DNA of 64,000 bases from Candidatus Obscuribacteraceae bacterium (GTDB lineage: Bacteria > Cyanobacteriota > Vampirovibrionia > Obscuribacterales > Obscuribacteraceae): assembly GCA_044226015.1 (NCBI GenBank), contig JBGAHS010000001.1:608001-672000 (forward strand), given 5' to 3'. Position numbers and translations under genes: made by a program. The stretch's first letter is position 1. Every line of letters begins with the position of its first letter. A model generated the notes under the pieces. It saw only the letters and a program-made list of their open reading frames with translations. It did not search any database and was not told where the DNA came from. Below are positions 17,633 to 27,024 of this stretch, piece by piece.

Positions 17633-18970
17633 CTAATGGATGTGTATATTCGCTTCTTTGCGATACTCTTCCATTTTATCCCACTCCAGAACCTCTGGGC
17701 GTTTTGTGGTCAATTCATTCCATGTGATATGTGGTCTACCAGTGTCAATTGGCACCATCGAGATGCAATCATCAACCGGGCAAACCTTTGAGCAGAGGTC
17801 GCAACCGACGCAATCTTCTTCGCGAACGACAGGTTGCAGAGCTGCGGACATCTCACCGTTAATTTTGAGTGTCTTCATATCAATGCATTGGTGTGCTGCA
17901 TCATTGCAAGCTATATAGCAGAGGTTGCAGTGAATACACTTTTCAGGATTGATTCTCGCGACGGTTTGGAAGCCGAGGTCAAAATCGCCGAAACTAGAGA
18001 TTCGTGGCAGCGACTTACCTATGAAGTCCGAGCAGGTCTTGAAACCTTTGTCGTCCATCCAGTTTTCCATGCCTTCGATCATATCTTCGACGATGCGGAA
18101 GCCCCACTTCATTACAGCAGTGCAGACCTGAACAGATGTCGAACCTAGAAGCATGAACTCAACCGCGTCTCGCCATGTTTCGACTCCACCAATTCCGGAA
18201 ATAGGCAAGCCCTTTCCGCGAACAAGTTCATCGCCTGCTACTGATGAAAGCAAGTGCAGTGCGATGGGTTTTACTGCGTACCCGGCGTATCCACCGTGCC
18301 CACCTTTGCCGCCAACATTTGGTTTGATTTCGAAGGTGTCCAGGTCGACGCCCATGATACTGTTGATGGTATTGATGAGAGAGAGTGCATTTGCACCGCC
18401 TCTGACAGCTGCTCTAGCTGGCTCTACTATGTTGGTAACGTTTGGTGTCAACTTCACGATGACTGGCTTCGTCGCAACGGACATGACCCATTCAGTGACC
18501 ATGCAGGTATATTCTGGAACCTGACCCATCGCCGAGCCCATGCCGCGCTCTGACATGCCGTGTGGACAGCCAAAGTTCAACTCGAAACCGTCAGCACCTG
18601 TGTCTTCTACTCGTTTGATGATTTCTTGCCATGCTTCTTTCTTTGACTCAACCATCACGGAAACAACAACCGCGTGATTTGGGAAATTGCGCTTTGTTTC
18701 TGCAATCTCTTTGAGGTTCAATTCAATTGGTCTATCGCTAATCAGCTCAACGTTGTTCAGTCCAACTACTTTCTGGCCTTTGTAATCGATGGTTCCATAT
18801 CGATTGCAAACGTTTAGAACTGGTGCTCCAATCGTTTTCCAGACTGCACCGCCCCAGCCTTGTGAGAATGCTTTCTGCACCTGGTACGCAGAGTTCGCCG
18901 GAGGTGCTGAAGCCAACCAGAAAGGATTTGGTGACTTGATACCACAAAAATCTATCTCGAGATTTGCCAT
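17633..18970 (-). CDS. preA: NAD-dependent dihydropyrimidine dehydrogenase subunit PreA
   Basis: NPFWLASAPP, GWGGAVWKT, ELNFGCPHGMSERGMG, C-terminal 2x[4Fe-4S] motifs (CIHCNLC, CVGCDLC). Confidence 0.95.
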   Translation of the reverse strand: MANLEIDFCGIKSPNPFWLASAPPANSAYQVQKAFSQGWGGAVWKTIGAPVLNVCNRYGTIDYKGQKVVGLNNVELISDRPIELNLKEIAETKRNFPNHAVVVSVMVESKKEAWQEIIKRVEDTGADGFELNFGCPHGMSERGMGSAMGQVPEYTCMVTEWVMSVATKPVIVKLTPNVTNIVEPARAAVRGGANALSLINTINSIMGVDLDTFEIKPNVGGKGGHGGYAGYAVKPIALHLLSSVAGDELVRGKGLPISGIGGVETWRDAVEFMLLGSTSVQVCTAVMKWGFRIVEDMIEGMENWMDDKGFKTCSDFIGKSLPRISSFGDFDLGFQTVARINPEKCIHCNLCYIACNDAAHQCIDMKTLKINGEMSAALQPVVREEDCVGCDLCSKVCPVDDCISMVPIDTGRPHITWNELTTKRPEVLEWDKMEEYRKEANIHIH

Positions 18971-18991
18971 CTCTTGCTCCTCTTTTGTTCT

Positions 18992-20410
18992 CTATGTGAC
19001 GGGGGAAAGTACGGGTTCAATATGCTTTTCGTTAGGAGATGGTGCTCCTACAAGTTGGCGATGAATTGCCGCTGCTGCAATTTTTCCATCTTGCACTGCA
19101 GCAACTGTCGATGCCTCGCCTACGTGACGAATGCAATCTCCGCCCGCGAATATTTTGGCGTGACCTGTGCGTAAGGAGTCTTTTTCAACTTCTATATAGC
19201 CATTTTTGGTTGTCTTTACGCCCATCTTGTTTAAGGATGTGATTACATCAGAGTGCTTTTTCTGACCGATAGCTTTTACTAACATGTCGCACGGAATGAC
19301 GAATTCGCTTCCTTTTGCAGGAACTGGAATGCGTCTTCCTGAGTGGTCTGGCTCACCGAGTTCCATACGCAAGCACTTCAAGCCTTCAATCTTTCCGTCT
19401 TTGCCTACAACCTCAACTGGCTGTGTGAGGAACATGAAGCTTACGCCTTCACCAAGAGCGAACAAATATTCGAAGTGGTAGGCTGGCATTTCGGCTTCAG
19501 AGCGGCGGTAGATGATGGTGACTCTTTCTGCGCCTAATCTACGTGCTATGGTGGCACAGTCGATGCCTGTGTTGCCGGCTCCAATTACACAGATGCGATT
19601 TCCAAACTTGATGTTTTCGAGCTTCTCAACTTTGGTTGCTTCGATGAAGTCGAGCCCGTCAACCACACCTTCAAGATCTTCTCCTGGAATACTCATGTCA
19701 GGAACTGCGCCGAGTCCAACTCCGATGAATACTGCGTCGTATTGATTTACTAGCTCGTCAAAGCTGACATCTTTTCCGACTGTGCATTCTGTTTTAATTT
19801 TGACTCCGAGGTCTTCGATCATTTTGACTTCAGAGAGGCTTACTTCTACCGGCTCTCTAAACACGACGATGCCGTATGTATCTAGCCCGCCTGCCATCTT
19901 CTTTTTCTCATAGCAGGTAACTTCAAAGCCGAGTTTGGCTAACTCTCCAGCGCAGGACAGTCCCGCGGGTCCAGTGCCCACAACGGCGACCTTGAAGCCG
20001 TTAGCTTTGCCTGGTTCGAAGAATTTGATCTTCTTCTCTGTTGCATAATCCATCGCATAGCGCTGTAGGCGTCCGATGGTGATAGGCTTGCTGTCATGCT
20101 TCATGACGCATGCACCTTCGCAAAGCACGTCTACTGGGCAGACACGAGAACATGTGGCTCCGAGTAAGTTCGCTTCGAGAATTCTTTTTGCCGACCCTTT
20201 GGTGTTGCCGGTGGCAATCTTCTTGATGAAGGTTGGAATGTCTATGTGTGTTGGGCATGCCACCATGCATGGTGCGTCATGGCAGTACAGGCAGCGGTTA
20301 GCTTCCAGTACTGCTTCGCGTTCTGTATATGGTGGGTAATATTCCTGGAAACGCTCTTCCAGTGTCATCTCCCATGCTTTGTACTTGACTGGTTTGTAAT
20401 GCTCTGCCAT
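18992..20410 (-). CDS. preT: dihydropyrimidine dehydrogenase subunit PreT (GltD-like Fe-S flavoprotein)
   Basis: EANRCLYCHDAPC..ACPT, CSRVCP...LCEGAC, GTGPAG, GAGNTGID; directly upstream of preA. Confidence 0.9.
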   Translation of the reverse strand: MAEHYKPVKYKAWEMTLEERFQEYYPPYTEREAVLEANRCLYCHDAPCMVACPTHIDIPTFIKKIATGNTKGSAKRILEANLLGATCSRVCPVDVLCEGACVMKHDSKPITIGRLQRYAMDYATEKKIKFFEPGKANGFKVAVVGTGPAGLSCAGELAKLGFEVTCYEKKKMAGGLDTYGIVVFREPVEVSLSEVKMIEDLGVKIKTECTVGKDVSFDELVNQYDAVFIGVGLGAVPDMSIPGEDLEGVVDGLDFIEATKVEKLENIKFGNRICVIGAGNTGIDCATIARRLGAERVTIIYRRSEAEMPAYHFEYLFALGEGVSFMFLTQPVEVVGKDGKIEGLKCLRMELGEPDHSGRRIPVPAKGSEFVIPCDMLVKAIGQKKHSDVITSLNKMGVKTTKNGYIEVEKDSLRTGHAKIFAGGDCIRHVGEASTVAAVQDGKIAAAAIHRQLVGAPSPNEKHIEPVLSPVT

Positions 20411-20460
20411 TTAGACCATTCCTTCGTTGTGCAATGTCATTTAGAAGTGTTGCCGTGTAC

Positions 20461-20505
20461 AAGAAAACGGAAGCAAGCGTTGCATGAACGCGCCGCTTGC
20501 TTCCG
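20461..20505 (-). terminator. intra-operon terminator-like hairpin
   Basis: CGGAAGCAAGCG-N14-CGCTTGCTTCCG perfect 12-bp stem followed by TTTTCTT on the minus strand. Confidence 0.6.
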
Positions 20506-20515
20506 AGTTTAGTGT

Positions 20516-21403
20516 TTAGAGCTTAACGAGTTCAGCGTAGGTTTCTGGACGTCTGTCTCTGTAGAACTGCCAGGTGTTGCGAACTTCTTCGATCTGGTCG
20601 AGGTCGAGGTCTGCAACTAGCAATTCTTCTTTGTCGCGTGACGCTTGTGCTACGAATTCACCGCGTGGGCTGCAGAAGTAGCTTGAGCCATAGAACTCAC
20701 CGATACCCCAGGGGGCTTCGGTTCCAATTCTGTTGATTGCGCCGATGAAATATCCGTTAGCGACAGCGTGTGCTGGTTGCTCAACTTTCCAGAGGTATTC
20801 CGAAAGTCCGGCTACGGTAGCTGATGGGTTGAATACAACTTCTGCACCGTTCAAGCCTAGAGCACGAGCGCCTTCTGGGAAGTGTCTGTCATAGCAAATA
20901 TAGACGCCGACTTTTGCGTAGCGAGTTTCAAAAACTGGATAGCCGAGGTTGCCTGGACGGAAATAGAATTTTTCCCAGAAGCCAGGGTTGACCTGCGGAA
21001 TGTGGCTCTTGCGATATTTGCCGAGGTAGGTTCCGTCTGCGTCAATAACTGCAGCAGTGTTGTAATAAACTCCAGTCTGCTCTTTTTCATACATAGGAAC
21101 AACAATGACCATATTGTGTTTCTTTGCTGCTTCTTGCATCACCTTTGTGGTCGGTCCATTTGGAATTTCTTCCGCCAGGTCGTACCAGCAGGTTTGTTGC
21201 TCTGCACAAAAGTAAGGTCCATTGAACAATTCTTGGAAGCAGAGGATTTGTACGCCCTGTTTTCCGGCTTCGTCTATCAATTTCAGGTGCTTGTCGAGCA
21301 TTGCCTGAGCGATTTTGGCAATCGTTGCCTTGTCTGATCCACCTGCTGGTGCTATCACTTCGTTCTTAACCTGAGTCAAGGCGCAACGTACTTTGCGTGC
21401 CAT
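20516..21403 (-). CDS. beta-ureidopropionase / N-carbamoyl-beta-alanine amidohydrolase (nitrilase superfamily)
   Basis: FQELFNGPYFC, KYRKSHIP, FWEKFYF, ICYDRHFP catalytic triad motifs (E-K-C); operon context with preTA. Confidence 0.88.
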   Translation of the reverse strand: MARKVRCALTQVKNEVIAPAGGSDKATIAKIAQAMLDKHLKLIDEAGKQGVQILCFQELFNGPYFCAEQQTCWYDLAEEIPNGPTTKVMQEAAKKHNMVIVVPMYEKEQTGVYYNTAAVIDADGTYLGKYRKSHIPQVNPGFWEKFYFRPGNLGYPVFETRYAKVGVYICYDRHFPEGARALGLNGAEVVFNPSATVAGLSEYLWKVEQPAHAVANGYFIGAINRIGTEAPWGIGEFYGSSYFCSPRGEFVAQASRDKEELLVADLDLDQIEEVRNTWQFYRDRRPETYAELVKL

Positions 21404-21455
21404 CTTCTGTGTTCTCCTTTAGATTTTCAGTAAATCAAATTATTGTTTAGGTCTT

Positions 21456-22769
21456 TTATGAGCATGCGCCAACTTTGGAAACCGATTCCAGAGCCTTTCG
21501 CATTGCTCCTAAGCATCTGTCTGCGTCGGCTTTTGTCACCGTCATTGGTGGCTTCAGGCGTATGGTGTTGCCCCAGAGTCCGCCCTTACCGATGATAACT
21601 TTATTGTCTTTGCAAACTTCGACTATCTTGGCGCATTCTGCTGGCATTTGCGCTTTCGTTTCTGGGTCTGCGATTTCGATGCCCAGCATCAAACCTTTAC
21701 CGCGAATATCGCCGATTATTGGGAACGATTTTTGAAGTTCTTTCAAGCCTTCTACAAGGTACTCGCCCACAACGCGAGCATTCTCTTGCAAGTTCTCTTC
21801 TTGAATAACGTCAATTACGGCAAGAGCAGTTGCGCTCGATACAGGGTTGCCGCCGAAGGTGTTGATCAGATTTTTGCTTTGCTTTTCGCCTATTGAGCGC
21901 TTCATTACGCAAGCACCGATCGGAGCGCCGTTGCCGAGTCCTTTCGCCATCGTCATCATGTCCGGTTGCACGTCCCAGTTGCTAATTCCGAACATATGTT
22001 TGCCGGTGCGTCCGAACCCGGTTTGAACTTCATCAGCGATGAAGAGTACGCCGTACTTATCCAGAATCTTTTTCACTTCCTGGAAATATCCATCGGGTGG
22101 GCAGATGGCTCCGCCGACACCTTGAATCGGTTCTGCAATCATAACTGCAGGGGCACCGCTGGTTTGTGTTTGAATAACTCTTTCAACATCTTTCGCGCAT
22201 TCCAGGCTGCAATTGTCTGGCGTTTTCTTGAATGGGCAACGATAGCAGTAAGCGTTTTCGGCAAAGGCTATTCCCGAAGCCGGCATAGTTGCTTGTCTAT
22301 AGTTGTGATTTGAAGTCATCGAAGTCGCTAGATGCGATTGACCATGATACGAATGCTTCAGCGCAATTACTTCGTGCCGACCTGTTGCAACTCGGGCCAT
22401 GCTGATTGCTGCTTCATTTGCTTCTGTGCCTGAATTTGTGATGAAACTCATGTTCAGGTCACCCGGCGTGATTTCAGCAAGTTTCTCTGCGAGATCAACC
22501 ATTGGTTGGGTCATAAATATAGTCGAGGTGTGCTGTAAGGTCTGCAGCTGGTCGATTGTGGCTTGAGTGACCTTCGGGTGGCAATGTCCCACCGACACCG
22601 TCACGATGCCAGCAAACATGTCGAGATACTCTTCGCCTTTTTCGTCATAAAGGAATTGCGCCTTCCCCTTAACGAAATTCGGAGCATCCGTATACATGTG
22701 TTTGAGACCGGGAACCAGGTACTTATCGCGCTTCTTCTTTAGCTCTTCGCGTCCTAATGGTTTAGTCAC
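21456..22769 (-). CDS. class III PLP aminotransferase (AGXT2-like; probable beta-alanine aminotransferase)
   Basis: YLDMFAGI.TVSVGHCHP, NSGTEANE, AEPIQGVGG, DEVQTGFGRTG, MAKGLGNG, TFGGNP; GTG 22769 follows GGAGG. Confidence 0.88.
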   Translation of the reverse strand: MTKPLGREELKKKRDKYLVPGLKHMYTDAPNFVKGKAQFLYDEKGEEYLDMFAGIVTVSVGHCHPKVTQATIDQLQTLQHTSTIFMTQPMVDLAEKLAEITPGDLNMSFITNSGTEANEAAISMARVATGRHEVIALKHSYHGQSHLATSMTSNHNYRQATMPASGIAFAENAYCYRCPFKKTPDNCSLECAKDVERVIQTQTSGAPAVMIAEPIQGVGGAICPPDGYFQEVKKILDKYGVLFIADEVQTGFGRTGKHMFGISNWDVQPDMMTMAKGLGNGAPIGACVMKRSIGEKQSKNLINTFGGNPVSSATALAVIDVIQEENLQENARVVGEYLVEGLKELQKSFPIIGDIRGKGLMLGIEIADPETKAQMPAECAKIVEVCKDNKVIIGKGGLWGNTIRLKPPMTVTKADADRCLGAMRKALESVSKVGACS

Positions 22770-22783
22770 AGGTTCCTCCAATT

Positions 22784-22866
22784 ATTTAGCAAATCTCACG
22801 ACGGCAAGGTCCGCCTTAGTCAAGTGGGAGCTTCCACTGACATATGCTGGCTACCTTCACCTAAAT
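22784..22866 (-). promoter_or_regulatory. structured 5' leader of the pyrimidine degradation operon (candidate cis-regulatory RNA)
   Basis: nested pairings on the minus strand: AUUUAG/CUAAAU, AAGGU/ACCUU, GCC/GGC, GUCA/UGAC, GUGG/CCAC; lies between the predicted TSS and the RBS. Confidence 0.4.
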
Positions 22867-22872
22867 TTACAA

Positions 22873-22901
22873 ATGGTACTGCTACGGATATACAGCGTCA
22901 A
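22873..22901 (-). promoter_or_regulatory. sigma70-type promoter for the aminotransferase-ureidopropionase-preTA operon
   Basis: TTGACG-N17-TACCAT on the minus strand. Confidence 0.6.
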
Positions 22902-23125
22902 GGAAGCGGGATTAATGCTGTCTAAACTTGTCTCGAAAATGTAGCACCAAATGCGGTGCAAGCGCGGCAGCTTTCTTGTCAGCCTGGCGTTTGTTCTGTG
23001 AGCTGTCTGGATTTATAGCTTCGGTTTGGGAAGAGGATGCTATGAGTTGCTAACAGAGAGGGAGTATTAATGGCTTCCCATGAACTCTGCCTTGAGCCAT
23101 TTGCGAAATGCTTGCACATAGTTCC

Positions 23126-23155
23126 TTGACACCCCGAGAGTTTGATTGCTAGGAT
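23126..23155 (+). promoter_or_regulatory. sigma70-type promoter for tRNA-Lys
   Basis: TTGACA-N18-TAGGAT with TGn extended -10, 18 nt upstream of the tRNA. Confidence 0.6.
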
Positions 23156-23173
23156 GAGAACCTTGCTGGCTAC

Positions 23174-23245
23174 GCGCCCGTAGCTCAGTGGTAGAGCACT
23201 CGGCTTTTAACCGATTGGTCGTGCGTTCGAATCGCACCGGGCGCA
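23174..23245 (+). tRNA. tRNA-Lys (anticodon TTT); CCA not encoded
   Basis: acceptor stem GCGCCCG/CGGGCGC, D-arm GCTCAGTGGTAGAGC, anticodon loop CTTTTAA, T-loop GTTCGAATC. Confidence 0.97.
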
Positions 23246-23252
23246 AATAGTT

Positions 23253-23286
23253 AAAACAGAAGGTGCAGTGCGCCTTCTGTTTTTTT
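23253..23286. terminator. bidirectional intrinsic terminator after tRNA-Lys
   Basis: AAAACAGAAGG...CCTTCTGTTTTTTT stem-loop with A- and T-tracts, between convergent genes. Confidence 0.85.
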
Positions 23287-23344
23287 ATGTCTATTTTCTT
23301 TTAGTTCAAGAACCTTGCTCGCTGAGGCATGGCAGCTTCTTTTA

Positions 23345-23815
23345 TTACCAGGGGAAATTTACCCGAACGTAAAGAGGTACACCCTGACTGCTCAGACCGC
23401 CGGCAAAGTCGATGACGCCGACCTGAACACCGCGGTCTTCCACCGATTGCGGGTATAGATAGAGCGCTGCGCTAAAGCTTGCCAGTCGAGCATGTTTGGT
23501 GAGACCGGGTCCCAGCCAGAAAACTGCTTCCAGTCCTCTTGGTGATTTCACCGGATGGTCGAGTTCGAAATATTTTTCAAGCAGTCCATCATCACCGTAG
23601 GGCGGTGGCTCATCCTCTTCGATGATTGTGTGGCTCGACCAGCGCCATAGCACCTGATCTGAACCAGACTTCTTCAAAGTTATTTTCAACTGGGGGAACC
23701 AGTCGTCATGAGTTATTGACTCACGAAAAACAGCTAAACGACCGCGCGTCAAAAGCGGGCGGTCAATCAACATTTGGCGTCCGACTGCATCAATTTCGTC
23801 CATGATTTCCTCCAA
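23345..23815 (-). CDS. hypothetical protein
   Basis: 156-aa ORF filling the gap; real start may be ATG 23803 after GGAGG. Confidence 0.55.
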   Translation of the reverse strand: MEEIMDEIDAVGRQMLIDRPLLTRGRLAVFRESITHDDWFPQLKITLKKSGSDQVLWRWSSHTIIEEDEPPPYGDDGLLEKYFELDHPVKSPRGLEAVFWLGPGLTKHARLASFSAALYLYPQSVEDRGVQVGVIDFAGGLSSQGVPLYVRVNFPW

Positions 23816-23905
23816 GCTATGAAAAGCATATCACTTTGGATGGGCAAGTCTTCTCGTCATTGAGTTAAGATGAAGAGTACTTTCTGGAACAGTTGTTGAT
23901 AACTC

Positions 23906-25030
23906 ATGCTGATGCGCCGAAAAAACTATTTGTTTATTTTGCTTATGCTTGCGTTTTGCTCATTTTGCACGCAGGAGTGCTTGGCGCAATCTGAATCAGA
24001 TGCTGAGCATAAACCTCGCTCTATTGCTGTTTTGAACTATCTGACTGGCTGGAGTCTTGATTCCTTTGGTTACCACCCTGCTGTGTACATGTTGCTGGAA
24101 AATATAAGTGGAAGAGATCTATCCCTTGTCACCATCAAGATGCAGGGGAAGTTCACCGACATCCATACATTGGAAGTATCCACGGCCAAAATTGAAGTAA
24201 GGCGCAGCTTGAAACCTCATCAGCAATTTCCCGTGGCTCTTATTTCACCGCGCGAATATGAGCTGCCCCGTGATACAAATTTTTGGCCCGTTATGGAATG
24301 CAAGGCGATGGCTCGCGTTGGAACTGTTGGAGACGAAGGAACCGAGTACCTTCTAGTTACAAAAGTCGATTCCACCACAGCCACGCAAGACGAGTCTTTC
24401 CAGAAGCTTAACGAGTTAACCAGTTTCAATCGTTCTGCTGCCGTAGGGCATCATCACAGTGGCAGTACCGTGCCCAGCACCAAGCCATTGTTAGCTAAAG
24501 CCGATCGCATAGGTGCGACACCATCAGCGGTGCAATCGAATGACTTCTTCAGCATCAAGCCCATGCCTGGACTTGGCGACGACTTCTATCAGTTTGAAAA
24601 AGTGTTTGGTTTGCCTACTCAAATAGACGCTAAGAAGAAGGACTTCACCTGGGCCAAATACAAGGCAAATCGTGGTGTCGAAGTTATTGTGGGCTCAAAA
24701 GAGCGCACCGGCAAAGTTGATTTGATTAGCTTCGTTCTGCCTAAAGACAGCACTGGCAGCGAACAAAAGCTGGTTGACCAGTGCAAACTGCTTGCCGGAA
24801 CACAGCGCAACGTAAAAATATCACCAGCAACAAGGTCTGTCCGATACCTTCCATCAGGACGTGTAGAGATTACCCAGGCTTCGGGTCCTGGTTTGAAAAT
24901 TGAAGCTATGAGTGTCGGCGGAGAGTCTAAGATCATAATGATGACGCGCCTTTCTCAAGATCCCTCCGACCTCCTGCATTCACATCAGGCTGGCAACGAC
25001 GTTCTGAAATCATTGCCTCTGGGCGATTGA
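23906..25030 (+). CDS. hypothetical exported protein
   Basis: 374-aa ORF with RRKN + hydrophobic + CLA signal-peptide-like N-terminus. Confidence 0.7.
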   Translation: MLMRRKNYLFILLMLAFCSFCTQECLAQSESDAEHKPRSIAVLNYLTGWSLDSFGYHPAVYMLLENISGRDLSLVTIKMQGKFTDIHTLEVSTAKIEVRRSLKPHQQFPVALISPREYELPRDTNFWPVMECKAMARVGTVGDEGTEYLLVTKVDSTTATQDESFQKLNELTSFNRSAAVGHHHSGSTVPSTKPLLAKADRIGATPSAVQSNDFFSIKPMPGLGDDFYQFEKVFGLPTQIDAKKKDFTWAKYKANRGVEVIVGSKERTGKVDLISFVLPKDSTGSEQKLVDQCKLLAGTQRNVKISPATRSVRYLPSGRVEITQASGPGLKIEAMSVGGESKIIMMTRLSQDPSDLLHSHQAGNDVLKSLPLGD

Positions 25031-25226
25031 GACTAATTTAGACAGTGTCACATATGAACTAAATTTACAGTCGCTGAAAGGCCATCTGTGGCTTGCTTTG
25101 CGCTCTAATTAGTATTCCTACCCTGGCAATAGAATCAAAAATAAGAAAAATAGAAGACGGTTGGCAAGTAATTACAGCGAGAATTTGAAGTTCTCAAATC
25201 GTTTGTTATCAATATAATTAGAGCAG

Positions 25227-26321
25227 GTGCAAAGTCTTATGCCCGTAGCAAGTCCAGTCAATCAATCGGCTCAAGGGAACACCGGTCACGTGCAAACGCC
25301 TCAGCAAATGTCCATCGTTGATACGATGCCTTTGAAATTGGTCATGATGTTAGCAGCTCCCTACCTGGCAGGCAGAACTGCGGAGGATGCGCTGGCAAAG
25401 GCTCATAAAGTTTATAGGGAATCTCGTTTTGCATCGACCATCGACATTCTAGGTGAGGACGCCACAGTCGAAGCTGATTGCGATCGGTCAGTTGAAAACT
25501 ACAAGCAGCTTATAGACCTCATCGCTGGCAACCTGATTCCATGTTCTCGGGCTCAAGAGCAAATAACAGTCTCTTTTAAGCCTTCTATGTTTAGTACCAT
25601 TTCGCCTGCCTCGGACAAGGCAGACAAGCGTAAGCATCTAGACCGCGCTTATGATCGAATTGAAAGCATCGTTAAGCATGCGCAAGACAAACAGTTGAGA
25701 GTCACATTGGAAGCCGAGGACCATACTTGGACAGACTTCCATTTGGACACATACTATGCGCTTATCGATAAAGGATTTCACAATTGTGGAACTGTGATTC
25801 AATCTCGCCTTTTCCGCACAGAGCAGGACATCAAACGATTTGATGAGCGCATGCGTGTTCGTATGGTTATCGGCATCTACAACGAGCCTTCGAATATTGC
25901 AATGACTGAAAAGCCACCAATGAAAATTAAGGCTGTTGAATACGCAAAAGAATTGCTTGCTCGCGGTGTTTATGTTGAGCTAGCCTCACACGACACAAAC
26001 TGCATGGCAAACTTCATTCAAGATGCGGTGCTGCCAACAAGGGCTCCATCAACTCAGTTCGAGGTTCAACATCTGTTGGGCGTGCCAAGACGCGATATTC
26101 AAATTGCGTTCAACAGCGGTAAGTTCTTCGTTGAAATGGCGCAAAAAGAAACTGGTGCTAATCGAGAGCATCTAGAAGAGTTGGCAAAGACCGGTGTTCT
26201 AGTTCGTATGTATTTGCCTTATGGAACAGATAATGTTGCTGGTCCGTATTGCAAACGGCGCTTGAAAGCGAATCCGAACATGATAGGCTATGGAATAAAG
26301 AACTTCCTGCATATCAAGTAG
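25227..26321 (+). CDS. monofunctional proline dehydrogenase
   Basis: YLAG, DILGED, SFKPS, LEAED, GTVIQSRL.RT, RMVIGIYNEP, LASHD, FEVQHLLGV, RMYLPYG, YCKRRLKANP. Confidence 0.85.
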   Translation: MQSLMPVASPVNQSAQGNTGHVQTPQQMSIVDTMPLKLVMMLAAPYLAGRTAEDALAKAHKVYRESRFASTIDILGEDATVEADCDRSVENYKQLIDLIAGNLIPCSRAQEQITVSFKPSMFSTISPASDKADKRKHLDRAYDRIESIVKHAQDKQLRVTLEAEDHTWTDFHLDTYYALIDKGFHNCGTVIQSRLFRTEQDIKRFDERMRVRMVIGIYNEPSNIAMTEKPPMKIKAVEYAKELLARGVYVELASHDTNCMANFIQDAVLPTRAPSTQFEVQHLLGVPRRDIQIAFNSGKFFVEMAQKETGANREHLEELAKTGVLVRMYLPYGTDNVAGPYCKRRLKANPNMIGYGIKNFLHIK

Positions 26322-26896
26322 AGGACCAGTCCTGTTTGAATAAACCGCTCAAAAGCCAAGCTCTTTCTATTCTTGCGCTGGTGGTCTTGGCTGTTCTCGG
26401 CTTCTTTGCTGCAGAGGCTATTTCTGGCATGGTTGAGGTCCGTTTGAAAAAACGGGTTCAGCCGTCTAATCAGGTGCAGGTCAACACCAAAATAAATTGG
26501 ATAGCACCGCATCAGGCTTCTGTGCGTGCGCTTGATGAGCAAAAATCGATTCTCTGTGTTTTCACCAGCACCCTCGACAATGCAGAGTGCAGAAAGCTTG
26601 AGCAAGAATTTTTGGCAGACGAAAAAGTTTGCGAGTATATCAACAAGAATTTCATCGCGGTAATTGTTATAGATAATCCGTCTTTGCCAGACTCATCAAC
26701 TGAGAAAGTTGTGGAGAAAAATTATGGAATCAGCACTTTCCCGACTGTACTTGTGACGGATCCCGATGGGAAAATTCTTGAGCAGAAAAATGGATTCAGC
26801 TCCAAAGATGATTTATTCAAGCTGCTTACCGTGCATGCCAAAACGCACCAAGTAGAAAAAATCGACCCGGCGGCTATTAATCCGCCTCAGCCCTGA
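26249..26896 (+). CDS. membrane-anchored thioredoxin-fold protein lacking CxxC
   Basis: TM segment, INW..., ECRKLE, INKNFIAV, YGISTFPT.LVTDPDG; true start probably near 26336. Confidence 0.7.
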   Translation: MQTALESESEHDRLWNKELPAYQVEDQSCLNKPLKSQALSILALVVLAVLGFFAAEAISGMVEVRLKKRVQPSNQVQVNTKINWIAPHQASVRALDEQKSILCVFTSTLDNAECRKLEQEFLADEKVCEYINKNFIAVIVIDNPSLPDSSTEKVVEKNYGISTFPTVLVTDPDGKILEQKNGFSSKDDLFKLLTVHAKTHQVEKIDPAAINPPQP

Positions 26897-27024
26897 GCCG
26901 TGTTTTGCTAAATGCCAATCTCCTTGCAGTCACGATGACCTTTCGTATTGGAGCTTTGGCTTGATTTATTGGTAGTACAATTGTTGAGGCAGGATTTTTC
27001 GAGCTAGTTAGCGCGAGGCATTAC

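Noticed and set aside
23174..23245. tRNA-Lys as an integration site for the downstream accessory region
   Set aside because: No duplicated tRNA 3' end and no integrase noticed; the tRNA is followed directly by its terminator
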